DNA from: an uncultured Zetaproteobacteria bacterium
GTDB lineage: Bacteria; Pseudomonadota; Zetaproteobacteria; Mariprofundales; Mariprofundaceae
Assembly: GCA_964553725.1 (NCBI GenBank)
Contig: CAZKME010000001.1
Span: 9,168-73,167 of the forward strand
Length of the DNA stretch: 64,000 nucleotides
Reading direction: 5' to 3'
Below the pieces are notes generated by a model. It was not told where the DNA came from, ran no database searches, and was given only the letters and a program-made list of their open reading frames with translations. Every line of letters begins with the position of its first letter. Position 1 is the first letter of the stretch. The translations under genes were made by a program, and so were the position numbers. Positions 50,468 to 61,499 of the stretch are shown here, piece by piece.

Positions 50468-51064
50468 TCAACTGTCCTGTTTGCGAATGAAGGCAAAGAA
50501 CTCCTGCTCTCCGTCCGATTGAATGGGCGTGACCACCATTTCTATCGCAAACTCGGAACCATCGCGGTGCAACGACTCGGTGTGTACCGGCTTGTACAGC
50601 CACGACCCGATGCTTTCCTGATGATATTGACGCATGCCCTTATGATGGGCGGCGCGCAGGCGTTCGGGAATAATAATTTCCAGATTTTTCCCCACAATGC
50701 GATGCATTGGCCAGCCGAATAGTGCTTCGGCGCTGTGATTCCAGCCGGTAATCGTGCCATATTGATCAATGCTCACATAGGCGTCGTAGGTGCAATCAAT
50801 AATCCGGTGCATACGTTCGCTTTTTTTATGCAATTGCGCCTGCAACTGATGTTGTTGCGCAACTGCCTTTTGGGCATAAATGCCAAAGCCGATAAACATC
50901 ACCGAAATCAGTGTGCGCATCCAGATTTCATCCAGGTCAGGGCTGAACAGATTATCTATAAAACTGCCTTTTGCGAATATAAAATCATGGATCAGTGCTT
51001 CGGCGGGCCAGTATAGAATACCCACCAGAATCCCCAAATGCGCCAGGCTAAACCGCTTCAGCAT
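50468..51064 (-). CDS. Membrane-anchored PAS domain protein without output domain
   Basis: Two TMs, DAYVSID..G.I.GWN.SAE.LFG, IIPERLRAAH, HRDGSEF.IE; ends right after the PAC motif. Confidence 0.8.
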   Translation of the reverse strand: MLKRFSLAHLGILVGILYWPAEALIHDFIFAKGSFIDNLFSPDLDEIWMRTLISVMFIGFGIYAQKAVAQQHQLQAQLHKKSERMHRIIDCTYDAYVSIDQYGTITGWNHSAEALFGWPMHRIVGKNLEIIIPERLRAAHHKGMRQYHQESIGSWLYKPVHTESLHRDGSEFAIEMVVTPIQSDGEQEFFAFIRKQDS

Positions 51065-51096
51065 GATACCTCCTGATACCCGGCGAATATGACCAT

Positions 51097-51921
51097 CTAG
51101 CCCTGCGGATGCAATGCATATTGTGCGAACAGTTGCGGGGAGAGTGCATCGCGATCCAGATAGAGGCGTTGCAAGTTCAATTTTGCCGGTTGATCCAGTT
51201 GGCCGGACAGGATGGTATGAAAAGCATCATGCCCCAACACACTCAAATGGGTGGTCAAAAAGAGGATATCAAGCACGTCATCGGCAATCAGCGTGCGATG
51301 CACGTCAGGGCCGGCAATCATATAGGCGCTGCAATAGCCGCAGGCAATTAGCTGTTGTTTAAGCGCCTTGCCTTCAACCCGCGCCCGCCCGGCGATGCTG
51401 ACCGTACAACCCAGCGACTCCAACCGGCTAACCTGCTTATCATTGGCCCGTTCGCTGGTGTAAATCATCATGCGTCTGTCCTGCACTTTTTCCAGCCCTG
51501 CGGCGGGAATATCCAGTGAGTTGGATAATACTGCCACATCCGGTTGGGGCCGCATGCCGTGGCGCTGCCGCCATTGATTCAAATCGGCATATGCCGGCGC
51601 ATTGCCCACCGGCAACAAGTCCTGCGCATTCCCCTTAGCCAATTGGCGGAAATAGCGCGCCGATGTCAGCATTACATCGGCTTGCGCTGCCAGTTCCTGA
51701 TACAATCGCCAGTCCCGCTTGTTGGCAATGGATTCCGGCACGGAAAATTCATCCGAATCGTCATCGCGAACTGAAATACGCCCGTCCACGCTGGCGATAT
51801 AATTTGAATAGATCAGCACATCGTCCGCATCAGCCTGGCGATGTAGATTCAAAGCCAGATAGAGCCCGATCAGCGCCCGTTGCTGTTGCCCTGCCGGGTA
51901 GAGTTGGAGAATATCAGTCAT
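51097..51921 (-). CDS. RibD C-terminal / dihydrofolate reductase-like protein
   Basis: SNYIASVDGRI, DWRLYQEL.AQAD, AGPDV, LFLT; start may extend to 51963. Confidence 0.8.
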   Translation of the reverse strand: MTDILQLYPAGQQQRALIGLYLALNLHRQADADDVLIYSNYIASVDGRISVRDDDSDEFSVPESIANKRDWRLYQELAAQADVMLTSARYFRQLAKGNAQDLLPVGNAPAYADLNQWRQRHGMRPQPDVAVLSNSLDIPAAGLEKVQDRRMMIYTSERANDKQVSRLESLGCTVSIAGRARVEGKALKQQLIACGYCSAYMIAGPDVHRTLIADDVLDILFLTTHLSVLGHDAFHTILSGQLDQPAKLNLQRLYLDRDALSPQLFAQYALHPQG

Positions 51922-52039
51922 CCGGGTAATCATATAGAAAAAATCGGCATAGCACAGGATCATGGAAAAAATGGAAAGATTTTTCTGGGCTCAGTTACAC
52001 AGATTCGCTATGTTATCCGCTCATCACGGGGGTCCGGCC

Positions 52040-52810
52040 ATGCAACGATTCAACTGGAAATCGATTATCATTGTAGCAGTTTTGCTCTTTCCCGCATCGC
52101 AGGCATGCGCCGGGTGGATGGATCAGATTGGCGGCATATTGAATGATGCAGGGAATAATGCAGGTGGCAGCAAACCGGCTGCAACGGCAATACCATCAGT
52201 GGCCGGGCTGAGCAATTCGGACATGATTGCCGGGTTGAAAGATGCGCTGCGCGTGGGTTCGGAACGCGTCGTTGGCAAGCTGGGTAAAACAGATGGATTC
52301 AATGGCGACCCGAAAATTCACATTCCACTGCCGCAAAATCTGCAAACGGTGAAATCAGCGTTATCGGCTGTTGGCATGGGCGCGATGATGGATGATCTGG
52401 AACTCAAGCTGAACCGTGCCGCAGAAGCAGCCACGCCCAAAGCCAAACGTATCTTCGGCAATGCCATCAGAAGCATGTCTTTCGATGACGCCAGAAAAAT
52501 CCTGTCCGGGCCCAAGGATGCCGCCACGCAGTATTTCAAAGCAAAAATGAGCGTCCCGCTGGCTGATGAAATGAGGCCGATTGTCAAAAAAGCCTTGAAT
52601 CAGGCTGGTGCGGTTCAGGCTTATGATGCTGTCATGGGTAAATATCAATCCATGCCTTTTATGCCGGATGTAAAAGCCAATCTGACCCGCCATGTGCTTG
52701 ATCTGGGGCTGGCTGGTATTTTCCGCTACATGGCCGATGAAGAAGCGGCGATTCGCCAGAATCCGCTCAAGCGCACCACCAGTATTCTGAAAAAGGTATT
52801 TGGCCGCTAA
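52040..52810 (+). CDS. DUF4197 family exported protein
   Basis: Signal peptide, GLKDALRVG, IPLP, LNRAAEAA, AATQYF, EEAAIRQNP..RTT..LKKVFG. Confidence 0.85.
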   Translation: MQRFNWKSIIIVAVLLFPASQACAGWMDQIGGILNDAGNNAGGSKPAATAIPSVAGLSNSDMIAGLKDALRVGSERVVGKLGKTDGFNGDPKIHIPLPQNLQTVKSALSAVGMGAMMDDLELKLNRAAEAATPKAKRIFGNAIRSMSFDDARKILSGPKDAATQYFKAKMSVPLADEMRPIVKKALNQAGAVQAYDAVMGKYQSMPFMPDVKANLTRHVLDLGLAGIFRYMADEEAAIRQNPLKRTTSILKKVFGR

Positions 52811-52980
52811 ACCGCACAGCAAATTATTTTCAAGCCAGCAGCGTGCAGAATACGCCGATATTTATAGCCGAATTCAATTCGCAATCCATCCACGCGATAA
52901 AATTCCTTTTCATTGTTGGCTGTGGAGTCGCTGGCATATTCTGGCTATGCTTCGGGCCGATTTCTCAGCGAGGCTAAACT

Positions 52981-53259
52981 ATGGACATTGACGTACAAAA
53001 AGTGGCAATGCTTGCACGCATTCGCCTGACTGATGACGAAGCCGCAGAACTCGGCCCCCAGCTATCTAATATTATCGGCTATGTGGAACAACTGGCCAGC
53101 GTCGATACCGAAGGTGTTGAACCGACCGCACACCCGCATGATGCCGCCATGCCCTTGCGCGCCAATGTCGTGACCAATGGCAACCGCCGTGATGCGTTGC
53201 AGGCGGTCGCGCCTAATATTGAATCCGGCCTCTATGTTGTACCGAAGGTGATTGAATAA
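52981..53259 (+). CDS. gatC: Asp/Glu-tRNA amidotransferase subunit C
   Basis: VAMLARI, VDTEGVEPT, VPKVIE; precedes gatA. Confidence 0.95.
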   Translation: MDIDVQKVAMLARIRLTDDEAAELGPQLSNIIGYVEQLASVDTEGVEPTAHPHDAAMPLRANVVTNGNRRDALQAVAPNIESGLYVVPKVIE

Positions 53260-53262
53260 ACC

Positions 53263-54741
53263 ATGCCATATTCTTCTTTATCCGACATTCAGAACCGTTT
53301 AAACAACGGTGAAACCACTGCTGTAGCAATCGCCCGGCTCTATCTCGATCGTATCGCGGCCCATAACGATGCGCTCAACGCCTTTGTGCATATCGATCCT
53401 GCTCATGTATTGGCGCAGGCTGAAGCCTCCGACGCCTACCGCACCGCCCACGATGCGCGTGCGCTGGAAGGCTTGCCGATTGCCATCAAAGATATTTTCT
53501 GCACCCAGGACGGGCCGACCCGATGCTGCTCGAATATCCTCAAAGATTTCCATGCGCCCTACGATGCTCATGTGATTACCCGCCTGAAAGAAGCCGGTGC
53601 CGTACTGGTCGGTAAAACCAATATGGATGAATTCGCCATGGGTTCATCGACCGAAACATCCGCCTTCGGCCCGTGCCGCAATCCGTGGAATACCGATTGC
53701 ATTCCCGGCGGTTCGTCCGGCGGTTCCGCCGCTGCCGTGGCCGCAGCACTCACGCCTGCTGCTTTGGGAACAGATACCGGCGGCTCGATTCGCCAGCCTG
53801 CCGCAGTCACCGGCATTACCGGTTTAAAACCGACTTACGGTCGCGTATCGCGGCGTGGCATTATCGCATTTGCCTCTTCACTCGATCAGGCCGGGCCGAT
53901 GACCCGAACTGTTAAAGATGCCGCCATGATTACTGCCGCCATTGCCGGGCATGATTCCGGCGATGCCACATCCGTTGCCGACGCGCCGGAAATCGACTGG
54001 TTAAAAGCTTGTGAAGCAACCGATATGAAAGGTTTGAAAATTGGCAAACCAAAAGAATATTTTGTCGATGGCATGGATGCGGATGTGCGCGAATCTGTTG
54101 AAGCGGCTTTGAGACAGTGTGAAGCGCTCGGGGCGGAAATTATCGACATCTGCCTGCCGCATACCGACAAAGCCGTGGCCGCCTATTATGTCATTGCGCC
54201 ATCCGAAGCCTCGGCCAATTTGTCGCGTTACGACAGTGTGCGTTTCGGCCATCGCTGTGAGAATCCGGAAGATTTACTCGATATGTACACGCGTTCGCGT
54301 GACGAAGGATTCGGCGCGGAAGTGAAGCGCCGCATTCTGACCGGCGCATTTACGCTGTCGTCAGGTTATTACGATGCCTATTATCTCAAGGCGCAAAAGG
54401 TGCGCACACTGATCCAGCAGGATTTCACCAAGGCTTTTGAACAGGTAGATGTGATTGCCACGCCCACGTCCCCGGTTCCCGCTTTCAAACTCGGCGAGAA
54501 AACCGACGATCCGCTGACCATGTATTTATCCGATATTTTTACCATTGCGGTGAATCTGGCCGGTTTGCCCGGCCTCTCACAACCATGCGGTTTTGTAGAT
54601 AATCTGCCGGTCGGCCTGCAATGGATAGGGCCTGCCTGGCGTGAAGACAGTATTCTCTCCGCCGCCGCAGCCTATGAATCGGCCACGGACTGGAGCGGCA
54701 AAACACCGGCTGGATTCGGCTGTAACGGAGGTGCATCATGA
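53263..54741 (+). CDS. gatA: Asp/Glu-tRNA amidotransferase subunit A
   Basis: [40 protein letters not shown]. Confidence 0.98.
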   Translation: MPYSSLSDIQNRLNNGETTAVAIARLYLDRIAAHNDALNAFVHIDPAHVLAQAEASDAYRTAHDARALEGLPIAIKDIFCTQDGPTRCCSNILKDFHAPYDAHVITRLKEAGAVLVGKTNMDEFAMGSSTETSAFGPCRNPWNTDCIPGGSSGGSAAAVAAALTPAALGTDTGGSIRQPAAVTGITGLKPTYGRVSRRGIIAFASSLDQAGPMTRTVKDAAMITAAIAGHDSGDATSVADAPEIDWLKACEATDMKGLKIGKPKEYFVDGMDADVRESVEAALRQCEALGAEIIDICLPHTDKAVAAYYVIAPSEASANLSRYDSVRFGHRCENPEDLLDMYTRSRDEGFGAEVKRRILTGAFTLSSGYYDAYYLKAQKVRTLIQQDFTKAFEQVDVIATPTSPVPAFKLGEKTDDPLTMYLSDIFTIAVNLAGLPGLSQPCGFVDNLPVGLQWIGPAWREDSILSAAAAYESATDWSGKTPAGFGCNGGAS

Positions 54742-56171
54742 GTTGGGAAACCGTCATTGGACTCGAAGTACACTGTCAGCTCAATACCGACACCAAAGCC
54801 TTCTGCGGTTGCTCCACCCGCTTCGGTGCAGAACCCAATACCCAGACCTGCCCGGTTTGTCTCGGCATGCCCGGACAATTGCCTGTGCTCAACACCGTGG
54901 CGGTGGACAAAACCGTTCTGACCGGTCTGGCCATCAATGCCCGCATCAACCTGGAATCGAAATTTGATCGTAAAAACTATTTCTATCCCGATTTACCCAA
55001 GGGTTATCAGATTTCCCAGTTTGCCGTACCGATTGTCGAAGGCGGATACATCGACATTCCCACCCAAGACGGCGGCGAAAAACGCCTTGGCGTCACCCGT
55101 ATTCATATGGAAGAAGACGCGGGTAAATCCATGCATGAAGGGCTCGATGCTGTTTCCCACATTGATCTGAACCGTTCCGGCGTGCCGCTGATGGAGATAG
55201 TTTCCGAGCCGGATATGCGTTCTGCCGATGAAGCGATTGCCTATCTTAAACAGCTACATCAGGTGATTCGTTTTCTCGGGGTTTCCGGCGCCGATATGGA
55301 AAAAGGCCAGTTTCGCTGCGATGCCAATGTTTCGGTGCGGCAGACTGGTGAGCCGTTTGGCACGCGCACCGAAATGAAGAATATGAACTCGTTTCGTTTT
55401 ATCAAACAGGCCATTGAATTTGAAGTGAATCGCCAGATTGAAATCATTGAAGACGGCGGCAAAGTGGTGCAGGAATCACGTTTGTGGGATTCCGTTAAAA
55501 ACGAATCCCGCTCCATGCGCAGCAAGGAAGAAGCGCATGATTATCGCTACTTCCCCGAGCCTGATCTGCCGCCGCTGCGCATTTCGCAGCAGCATGTCGA
55601 TGCCATCAAGGCAGGCATGCCGGAATTGCCCGGCCAGTTGCGCCAGCGTTTTGAAACCGAATACGGCCTGTCGGCCTACGATGCCGATGTACTGACCCAG
55701 ACCCGCGAATCGGCAGCTTGGTATGAATCGCTGGCGGCAGCCCACCCGGCTGATCCGAAGCGCTGCGCCAACTGGATGATCAATGAATTATTGGGGCGAT
55801 TGAATGAATCGGGTAAGGGTTTGTCTGATTCTCCTGTCTCCGCGCTGCGGCTGGCCGGGTTGCTCGAACGCGTGGGCGATAACACGATTTCCGGCAAAGC
55901 GGCCAAGGATGTGCTCGATATCATGATGGCATCGGACGATGATGCCGATACGATTATCGAGGCCAAAGGCCTGAAACAGGTATCGGACAGCGGCGCTATT
56001 GACGCTATCATTGCGGAAGTGATGCAGGCTAATCCTGATCAGGTGGCGGGTTACCGCGCCGGCAAGGATAAACTGCTCGGTTTTTTTGTCGGGCAGGTGA
56101 TGAAAGCTTCGCGCGGCAAAGCCAACCCCGGCATGGTGAACCAGCGCTTAAAAGAACTGCTCAAAGGCTGA
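54738..56171 (+). CDS. gatB: Asp/Glu-tRNA amidotransferase subunit B
   Basis: [38 protein letters not shown]. Confidence 0.98.
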   Translation: MSWETVIGLEVHCQLNTDTKAFCGCSTRFGAEPNTQTCPVCLGMPGQLPVLNTVAVDKTVLTGLAINARINLESKFDRKNYFYPDLPKGYQISQFAVPIVEGGYIDIPTQDGGEKRLGVTRIHMEEDAGKSMHEGLDAVSHIDLNRSGVPLMEIVSEPDMRSADEAIAYLKQLHQVIRFLGVSGADMEKGQFRCDANVSVRQTGEPFGTRTEMKNMNSFRFIKQAIEFEVNRQIEIIEDGGKVVQESRLWDSVKNESRSMRSKEEAHDYRYFPEPDLPPLRISQQHVDAIKAGMPELPGQLRQRFETEYGLSAYDADVLTQTRESAAWYESLAAAHPADPKRCANWMINELLGRLNESGKGLSDSPVSALRLAGLLERVGDNTISGKAAKDVLDIMMASDDDADTIIEAKGLKQVSDSGAIDAIIAEVMQANPDQVAGYRAGKDKLLGFFVGQVMKASRGKANPGMVNQRLKELLKG

Positions 56172-56181
56172 TTGAACACCC

Positions 56182-58833
56182 GTGTCTACAGGGCTGCGCA
56201 AGATACTTGTCGCAGGCGTAGTCGTGCTGGTGATCGGGGCATCGCTGTCTTTGCGCTTAAACTCGGATAAAATAAGTCAGCATTTCTACCAGCAATTAAA
56301 AAATTCCACGTCAGCTCAATTATCCGCCAAACACGCGGAACTGACGTTTATGCACGGCCTCGGCCTGCGGCTCGATGGTGTGAATATATCCCATGCCCAG
56401 TATCAGATGCAGGCCAAACATTTGATTATCAGCCTGAAACTATTACCGCTGCTCATCGGCAGGGTTCAAACCGATGCACTTGATATCCATGATGCCAATA
56501 TCATCATTAAACCTGAAACACTGGCCCCGACTTCCACTGCGATTTCCGCTCTGCCAGTGCAACATATCCGGCTGGTACGCAGCCGCATTCAAACCGCATC
56601 AGGAAAAACAGTGTTGGATAATCTGTATCTGGAGATGCGAAACATCGGGCCTGACAGTGAAACATTATGGGAAATGAAGGCCAAACAGGGCGATCAGGCA
56701 CTCAGCGGCAATGGGCGATTACACTTCCATGCCGGTCACATTGTGGATGGATTCAGTAAACTGAAGATGGAACATTTCCAGTTGGTCAGGCTGGAGCCAT
56801 TCGCCCCGCATGCCATCATCTCCTGGCTCGAAGGTGAGAGCAGCCTGCTTAGTGGCACCGTCACACTCGATATCAGTAAGCACCAAACCTGGGCCCTGTT
56901 TGGTGAAGTAGAGCTTGAGCGTCCACACAAAGGCGGCGCACACACAGGAAGCAGCCAGATGGATACCGTGCTGAAATTACGCGGCAAGCTCAGTCACCCG
57001 GCTGAGGGGGAGCTGATCTGGCGCGACAGTTTTATTCATCTTGGCAAACAGGCTGTTATCGCCATTGATGGCTCGTGCCAACAGGATACAGGTTGTAGCA
57101 CGACGCTGGATGCGAAACAGGTTCCTCTCGCTGAATGGAAGCCATTCATGCCTGCTGGCATCGCTTTTTATGAACACATGACAGGCATGACAGATTTGAA
57201 TGCCTCCATCCAATGGAGCAAACTGCTATGGCACGGCAATATATCCCTGCAATTGACGGACACGCACTTCAACCACGGCGACAAGGAAATCCCGCTACCG
57301 CCATTGCATCTGCAAGCTGATAAACTCAGCGGCAATGCAACACAGTGGCATACCCGGGCCACCATCACCTCGCCGCAGGCCGAGGGTAGCATCCAGCTTC
57401 GCAATACCCGCCACAGCAATGGTGACAAGGATCTGTATATCGACAGCCAGGATGCTGACAGTGCTTTGTGGCTACCGTTAAGCAATATGCTGCTGTCCAC
57501 GCTGGGTTTTGAGCCCGAGCTGCAAGCCGTTGGCAAAATTCATGGAAAACTGCATCTGCATCAGCAGGCGGATAAACAGTCGTTATCCCTGGATGTGGAT
57601 GCGACACAGACGCAATTGAGCTATGCATCATGGCTCAACAAACCGGCGCAGATTGAAGCGCAATGCAAAGCGCGGCTCGATTTATCAAACGCGCAAATCA
57701 CCGCTGTCAGCGTGCAACAATGCCGGCTTGATACATCCAGCGTGGAGAAGTTGAACTGGTCCAGGCGCAAGGCGTTACAAAAACTGAGCCTGAGCAAGCT
57801 TGATTTACATATTGGGCAATTCAAGGATCTACTGCCGCAACATATCCGGGGGCTGACAGGCAGGCTTCAAGGCAGTGGCAGAACGACATGGAAAAATGCC
57901 GAATCATGGCTTGGGAATATGAGCGGGCGTTGGCAACTGGAAGATGTCGCCATGGACACATGGCAAGCCAGCGGCTCCATCCGCGTAAAAAACGGTATAT
58001 TCAGCAGCCACCCGTTACGCATTCATGGCAAGTACGGAAAAGCCACACTTTCCGGCTTTTTTAACCCGCTCCGCAAGCGGGGGGATATCGATATTCTCTC
58101 GGGCCACCTGGACTGGAACAGCATGCCTGCGCTGCATCATTTCTGGCAACCGTTATCGATTCAGGGACGCATTTACAAGGCCCGGCTAAAGCTGCTGGAT
58201 AATGACTGGCAGAATATCCAGAGCTACTACACGCTGTCGCATGGGTTATTGCGACTGAACAGGTTGAAAGCCGAGCTTGCTGATGGTCAGTTCTCAAGCA
58301 CACAGATCACGTTCGCGTCCATGCCTGATGGCATTGATATTCAGGGCGATATCCGCACAAAAAATATTCAGATGAGAAAACTATCACGTTTGCATCGCTG
58401 GCTGGGAGCGGCCATCAGCGGAAAGCTACAGGCCAACATCAAGGTGCATGGCCGTATCGGACAGCAACATTTTTCCGACTGGCAACGCAGCAATGGCGAT
58501 ATTCTGATTTACGATGGCGGCTGGAAGCAGCAGCAGAAGCCTGCAACGATGGCCGATAAAGCCGCCATTGCAGCGCCTTCATTACAATCCTTCGCCTTCA
58601 GCAAACTCGATTTCAGATTTCGCATTGGCAAGGAAAATACAGCTATTTCCAGCCTTCGTCTGGTTCACCTTCAACAGCCATTTCAGGGTACCGCCATGAT
58701 CACATCTGATCTCCACCTTACCGGCACCATGCTCAATACTGCGGATAAAACCGCCTATACCATCGACAGTATGTTACCCAAAATACACTGGCTCAAACAG
58801 CAATCAAACACACAATCAAACAGTAACCCTTGA
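56182..58833 (+). CDS. AsmA-like/YhdP-superfamily periplasmic protein
   Basis: N-terminal TM anchor, LKLLPLL.G motif, long beta-rich sequence. Confidence 0.65.
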   Translation: MSTGLRKILVAGVVVLVIGASLSLRLNSDKISQHFYQQLKNSTSAQLSAKHAELTFMHGLGLRLDGVNISHAQYQMQAKHLIISLKLLPLLIGRVQTDALDIHDANIIIKPETLAPTSTAISALPVQHIRLVRSRIQTASGKTVLDNLYLEMRNIGPDSETLWEMKAKQGDQALSGNGRLHFHAGHIVDGFSKLKMEHFQLVRLEPFAPHAIISWLEGESSLLSGTVTLDISKHQTWALFGEVELERPHKGGAHTGSSQMDTVLKLRGKLSHPAEGELIWRDSFIHLGKQAVIAIDGSCQQDTGCSTTLDAKQVPLAEWKPFMPAGIAFYEHMTGMTDLNASIQWSKLLWHGNISLQLTDTHFNHGDKEIPLPPLHLQADKLSGNATQWHTRATITSPQAEGSIQLRNTRHSNGDKDLYIDSQDADSALWLPLSNMLLSTLGFEPELQAVGKIHGKLHLHQQADKQSLSLDVDATQTQLSYASWLNKPAQIEAQCKARLDLSNAQITAVSVQQCRLDTSSVEKLNWSRRKALQKLSLSKLDLHIGQFKDLLPQHIRGLTGRLQGSGRTTWKNAESWLGNMSGRWQLEDVAMDTWQASGSIRVKNGIFSSHPLRIHGKYGKATLSGFFNPLRKRGDIDILSGHLDWNSMPALHHFWQPLSIQGRIYKARLKLLDNDWQNIQSYYTLSHGLLRLNRLKAELADGQFSSTQITFASMPDGIDIQGDIRTKNIQMRKLSRLHRWLGAAISGKLQANIKVHGRIGQQHFSDWQRSNGDILIYDGGWKQQQKPATMADKAAIAAPSLQSFAFSKLDFRFRIGKENTAISSLRLVHLQQPFQGTAMITSDLHLTGTMLNTADKTAYTIDSMLPKIHWLKQQSNTQSNSNP

Positions 58834-58863
58834 GCATTCGCATCAGGGTGGCAGGATTTAGAC

Positions 58864-60066
58864 ATGAGAAGATTATCGATTCGCGTCCAGCAGATTAAAC
58901 CATCGGCCACGCTGGCCATTACCGCCAAAGCGGCAGAAATGCGCGCAGCAGGCAAAAGCATTATTTCACTGTCGGTCGGCGAGCCGGATTTTGAAACGCC
59001 CAAGGCCGCCCGCGAGGCAGGTATTGCCGCGATCAATTCCGGCTTTACCCGTTATACGGCTGTCGCAGGCATCCCGGAACTGCGCCAGGTGATTGCCGAA
59101 AAATTCAAACGCGATAATGATCTGGATTATAGTGCGGATGACATTCTCGTTTCCACCGGTGGCAAGCAGTGCATCTATAACCTGCTGATGGCTGTGATGA
59201 ATCCCGGCGAGCGCGCCATCATCCCTGCGCCTTACTGGGTCTCTTATCCCGATATGGTCAAACTGGCCGAAGGCACGCCGGTGATTGTGCCGACTACGGC
59301 GGAAGCCGGTTTCAAGATTACGGCAGAGCAACTCGATGAGGTATTGTGCCACCGCTGCAAAATTCTGTTTCTCAATTCGCCGTCCAATCCGACCGGCATG
59401 GTTTATTCGGCTGACGAGTTGAAAGCGATTGGCGATGTGGTGCGTAAACATCCGGACTTGATTGTTGCTACCGATGATATGTACGAAAAAATTCTCTTTG
59501 ATGGTAAAAAATTCGCCACCTTTGCACAGGTCAATCCCGATCTGAAGGATCAAACCATCACCTTTAACGGCGTCTCCAAAGCCTATTGCATGACCGGCTG
59601 GCGCATCGGTTTCTGCGCTGGCCCCACAGCCATTATCAAGGCCATGACCAAGATTCAGGGGCAGAGCACCTCCAACCCCAATGCCATTGCCCAGAAAGCG
59701 GCGCTGGCAGCACTGACTGGCCCGAGCGATGAACTGGACGAAATGGTCGCCACCTACGAAACCCGGCGCGGCTGGCTGGTGGATGCCATCAATGCCATTC
59801 CGGGCATGCATGCCATCATGCCTGACGGCGCGTTTTATGTGTTCCCCTCCGTCACCGCATGGATAGAGAAAACCACAGCCTCAGGCATCGCACTGACTGA
59901 TGATGTGGTGATTTGTGAATGGTTACTGGAAGAAGCCGGTGTTGCTCTGGTGCCCGGAACTGCCTTCGGCTCTCCCGGCCATGTGCGTTTTTCTTACGCC
60001 GTCAGCCAGAACACGCTGGAAGATGCAGTCAATCGCATCGCCAAAGCTGCTGCCAGTCTGAACTGA
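58864..60066 (+). CDS. PLP-dependent aminotransferase class I (aspartate aminotransferase)
   Basis: GEPDF, PYWVSY, NSPSNPTG, SKAYCMTGWRIG, GAFY. Confidence 0.95.
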   Translation: MRRLSIRVQQIKPSATLAITAKAAEMRAAGKSIISLSVGEPDFETPKAAREAGIAAINSGFTRYTAVAGIPELRQVIAEKFKRDNDLDYSADDILVSTGGKQCIYNLLMAVMNPGERAIIPAPYWVSYPDMVKLAEGTPVIVPTTAEAGFKITAEQLDEVLCHRCKILFLNSPSNPTGMVYSADELKAIGDVVRKHPDLIVATDDMYEKILFDGKKFATFAQVNPDLKDQTITFNGVSKAYCMTGWRIGFCAGPTAIIKAMTKIQGQSTSNPNAIAQKAALAALTGPSDELDEMVATYETRRGWLVDAINAIPGMHAIMPDGAFYVFPSVTAWIEKTTASGIALTDDVVICEWLLEEAGVALVPGTAFGSPGHVRFSYAVSQNTLEDAVNRIAKAAASLN

Positions 60067-60092
60067 TATTTCAACCTGATTAGATTGAAAGA

Positions 60093-60269
60093 TCAGGTCG
60101 CCGGCAACCCGGCCAGTGAAAAAATATATGCCCAGAAACTGGACTCGCAACTGAAATAACAGCTGCGTTGCCTGTACTGCACCAGCAAACCCTGCCTAAA
60201 CCGGAACACCTTCAATGCAACGTTGCCGGTAAAACTATTTGAAATTCTTTGTGCCCGATCAATTTTCAT
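60093..60269 (-). CDS. Putative small protein, 58 aa (below the ORF-track cutoff)
   Basis: ATG preceded by GAGGCGTATT; MKIDRAQRISNSFTGNVALKVFRFRQGLLVQYRQRSCYFSCESSFWAYIFSLAGLPAT. Confidence 0.4.
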   Translation of the reverse strand: MKIDRAQRISNSFTGNVALKVFRFRQGLLVQYRQRSCYFSCESSFWAYIFSLAGLPAT

Positions 60270-60344
60270 AATACGCCTCGCTTTCTACAGAACCCGCCTT
60301 TTGATGCGGTGAGGCCGAAGCCACAGCACATCCGCAGGATGCCG

Positions 60345-60833
60345 TTAATCTGCCCACGCGTAATACTGACGATGCCGGTTATAAGCATGATGCTCCAGAT
60401 ACTCATGCCGCCGCTCACGAGCTTCTTGTGCTTCATGCCGCTCATGTGCCTGATGTCGATTGTATCGCCTGTCACCATAGCTACGATTATAGTACCCGTG
60501 ATTATTATACCCGTAGTTACGATTGCGATAATGCCTTCCATAACCTCGATTATATCCATAACCATTCCGATGCCCGTACGCGGACTCTGAACGGTACGTA
60601 TAGCCATACCCAACCGGTTCAGCCTGTGCGCTACCAAGAAGGGCTCCTGCAATCGCGCCGAACATGCCACCAATGACTGCTCCTTCTGCGGTTTCACCAC
60701 TCTGGGAACCAATCAGAGCTCCGGCAGTCGCTCCAATAGCCGCACCGGTAAACAAGCCTCGCTCTTGCGGGCCTGCATAAGCGGTCAGGCTTGTGCATGA
60801 CAGGAAGATCAGTGCCAATAAAATCTTTTTCAT
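60345..60833 (-). CDS. Glycine-zipper exported protein with Tyr/Gly/Asn/His-rich tail
   Basis: AGGAGG SD, signal peptide, [13 protein letters not shown]...[17 protein letters not shown], low-complexity tail. Confidence 0.8.
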   Translation of the reverse strand: MKKILLALIFLSCTSLTAYAGPQERGLFTGAAIGATAGALIGSQSGETAEGAVIGGMFGAIAGALLGSAQAEPVGYGYTYRSESAYGHRNGYGYNRGYGRHYRNRNYGYNNHGYYNRSYGDRRYNRHQAHERHEAQEARERRHEYLEHHAYNRHRQYYAWAD

Positions 60834-61077
60834 ATACGCCTCCTTTTCAATGGCTGGGGACAGTATGAGGCGCACTGTGTTTTGCATAAAGTGGATATAA
60901 TCAACTATTAAGGGGAAATATCGCGCGTAAGTTTCCTCAACGCTTGATTTTACTTTTGGGCATGAACGCTATAAGCTCAGGGATACGCTGTAGTTTAAAA
61001 TGTAAGTAGTTGATTTCAATACAGACTAATTGCAATGCAGCCCGATTCAATAGACCGGTTTCAGAAAGGAGTCGCTG

Positions 61078-61494
61078 ATGCATATCACTTCGCACATTCA
61101 GCATAATGTAGCCACGATAGATGAAAACAGTTCCACGCTGGATGCAGCCAGGCAGATGACCGAACGTTATATCGGTTCGCTGGTTGTCACCGGCGCTTAC
61201 GGCGTTAAGGGTATTTTCACCGAGCGCGATCTGATGATGCGCGTAATTGGAGAAGGTCTCGACCCGGCTCGGGTGAAGGTGGGTGATGCAACAGATGAGT
61301 CACTGGTCACAGTCAAGCCGGATGAGGAGGTCAACCATTGCCTGAGCCTGATGAAAGAAAATCGTTGCCGACATCTGGTCGTATTTGATGGTGAGAACTT
61401 CGTCGGCATCATTTCGGTACGCGATTTGGTGGCGCTCATGCTCAGTGAAAAAGAAACATTGATTGCAAGAATGCAGGAATATATCAGCAGCTAA
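61078..61494 (+). CDS. Stand-alone CBS-pair protein
   Basis: IGSLVV, GIFTERD, RHLVV, GIISVRDLV; AAGGAG SD. Confidence 0.92.
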   Translation: MHITSHIQHNVATIDENSSTLDAARQMTERYIGSLVVTGAYGVKGIFTERDLMMRVIGEGLDPARVKVGDATDESLVTVKPDEEVNHCLSLMKENRCRHLVVFDGENFVGIISVRDLVALMLSEKETLIARMQEYISS

Positions 61495-61499
61495 AACTT

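Noticed and set aside
50262-50522. 86-aa + strand ORF in an AT-rich gap
   Set aside because: No SD or motif, and it overlaps genes on the opposite strand at both ends
58966-59811. 281-aa antisense ORF
   Set aside because: Shadow of the aminotransferase gene
60249-60712. Ile/Met-rich hydrophobic ORFs (60249-60590 + and 60266-60712 -)
   Set aside because: Alternative frames of the low-complexity tail of the glycine-zipper gene, which has the SD and signal peptide
60890-61030. Possible FNR box in the divergent promoter region
   Set aside because: TTGAT and ATCAA half-sites are not at the required 4-nt spacing
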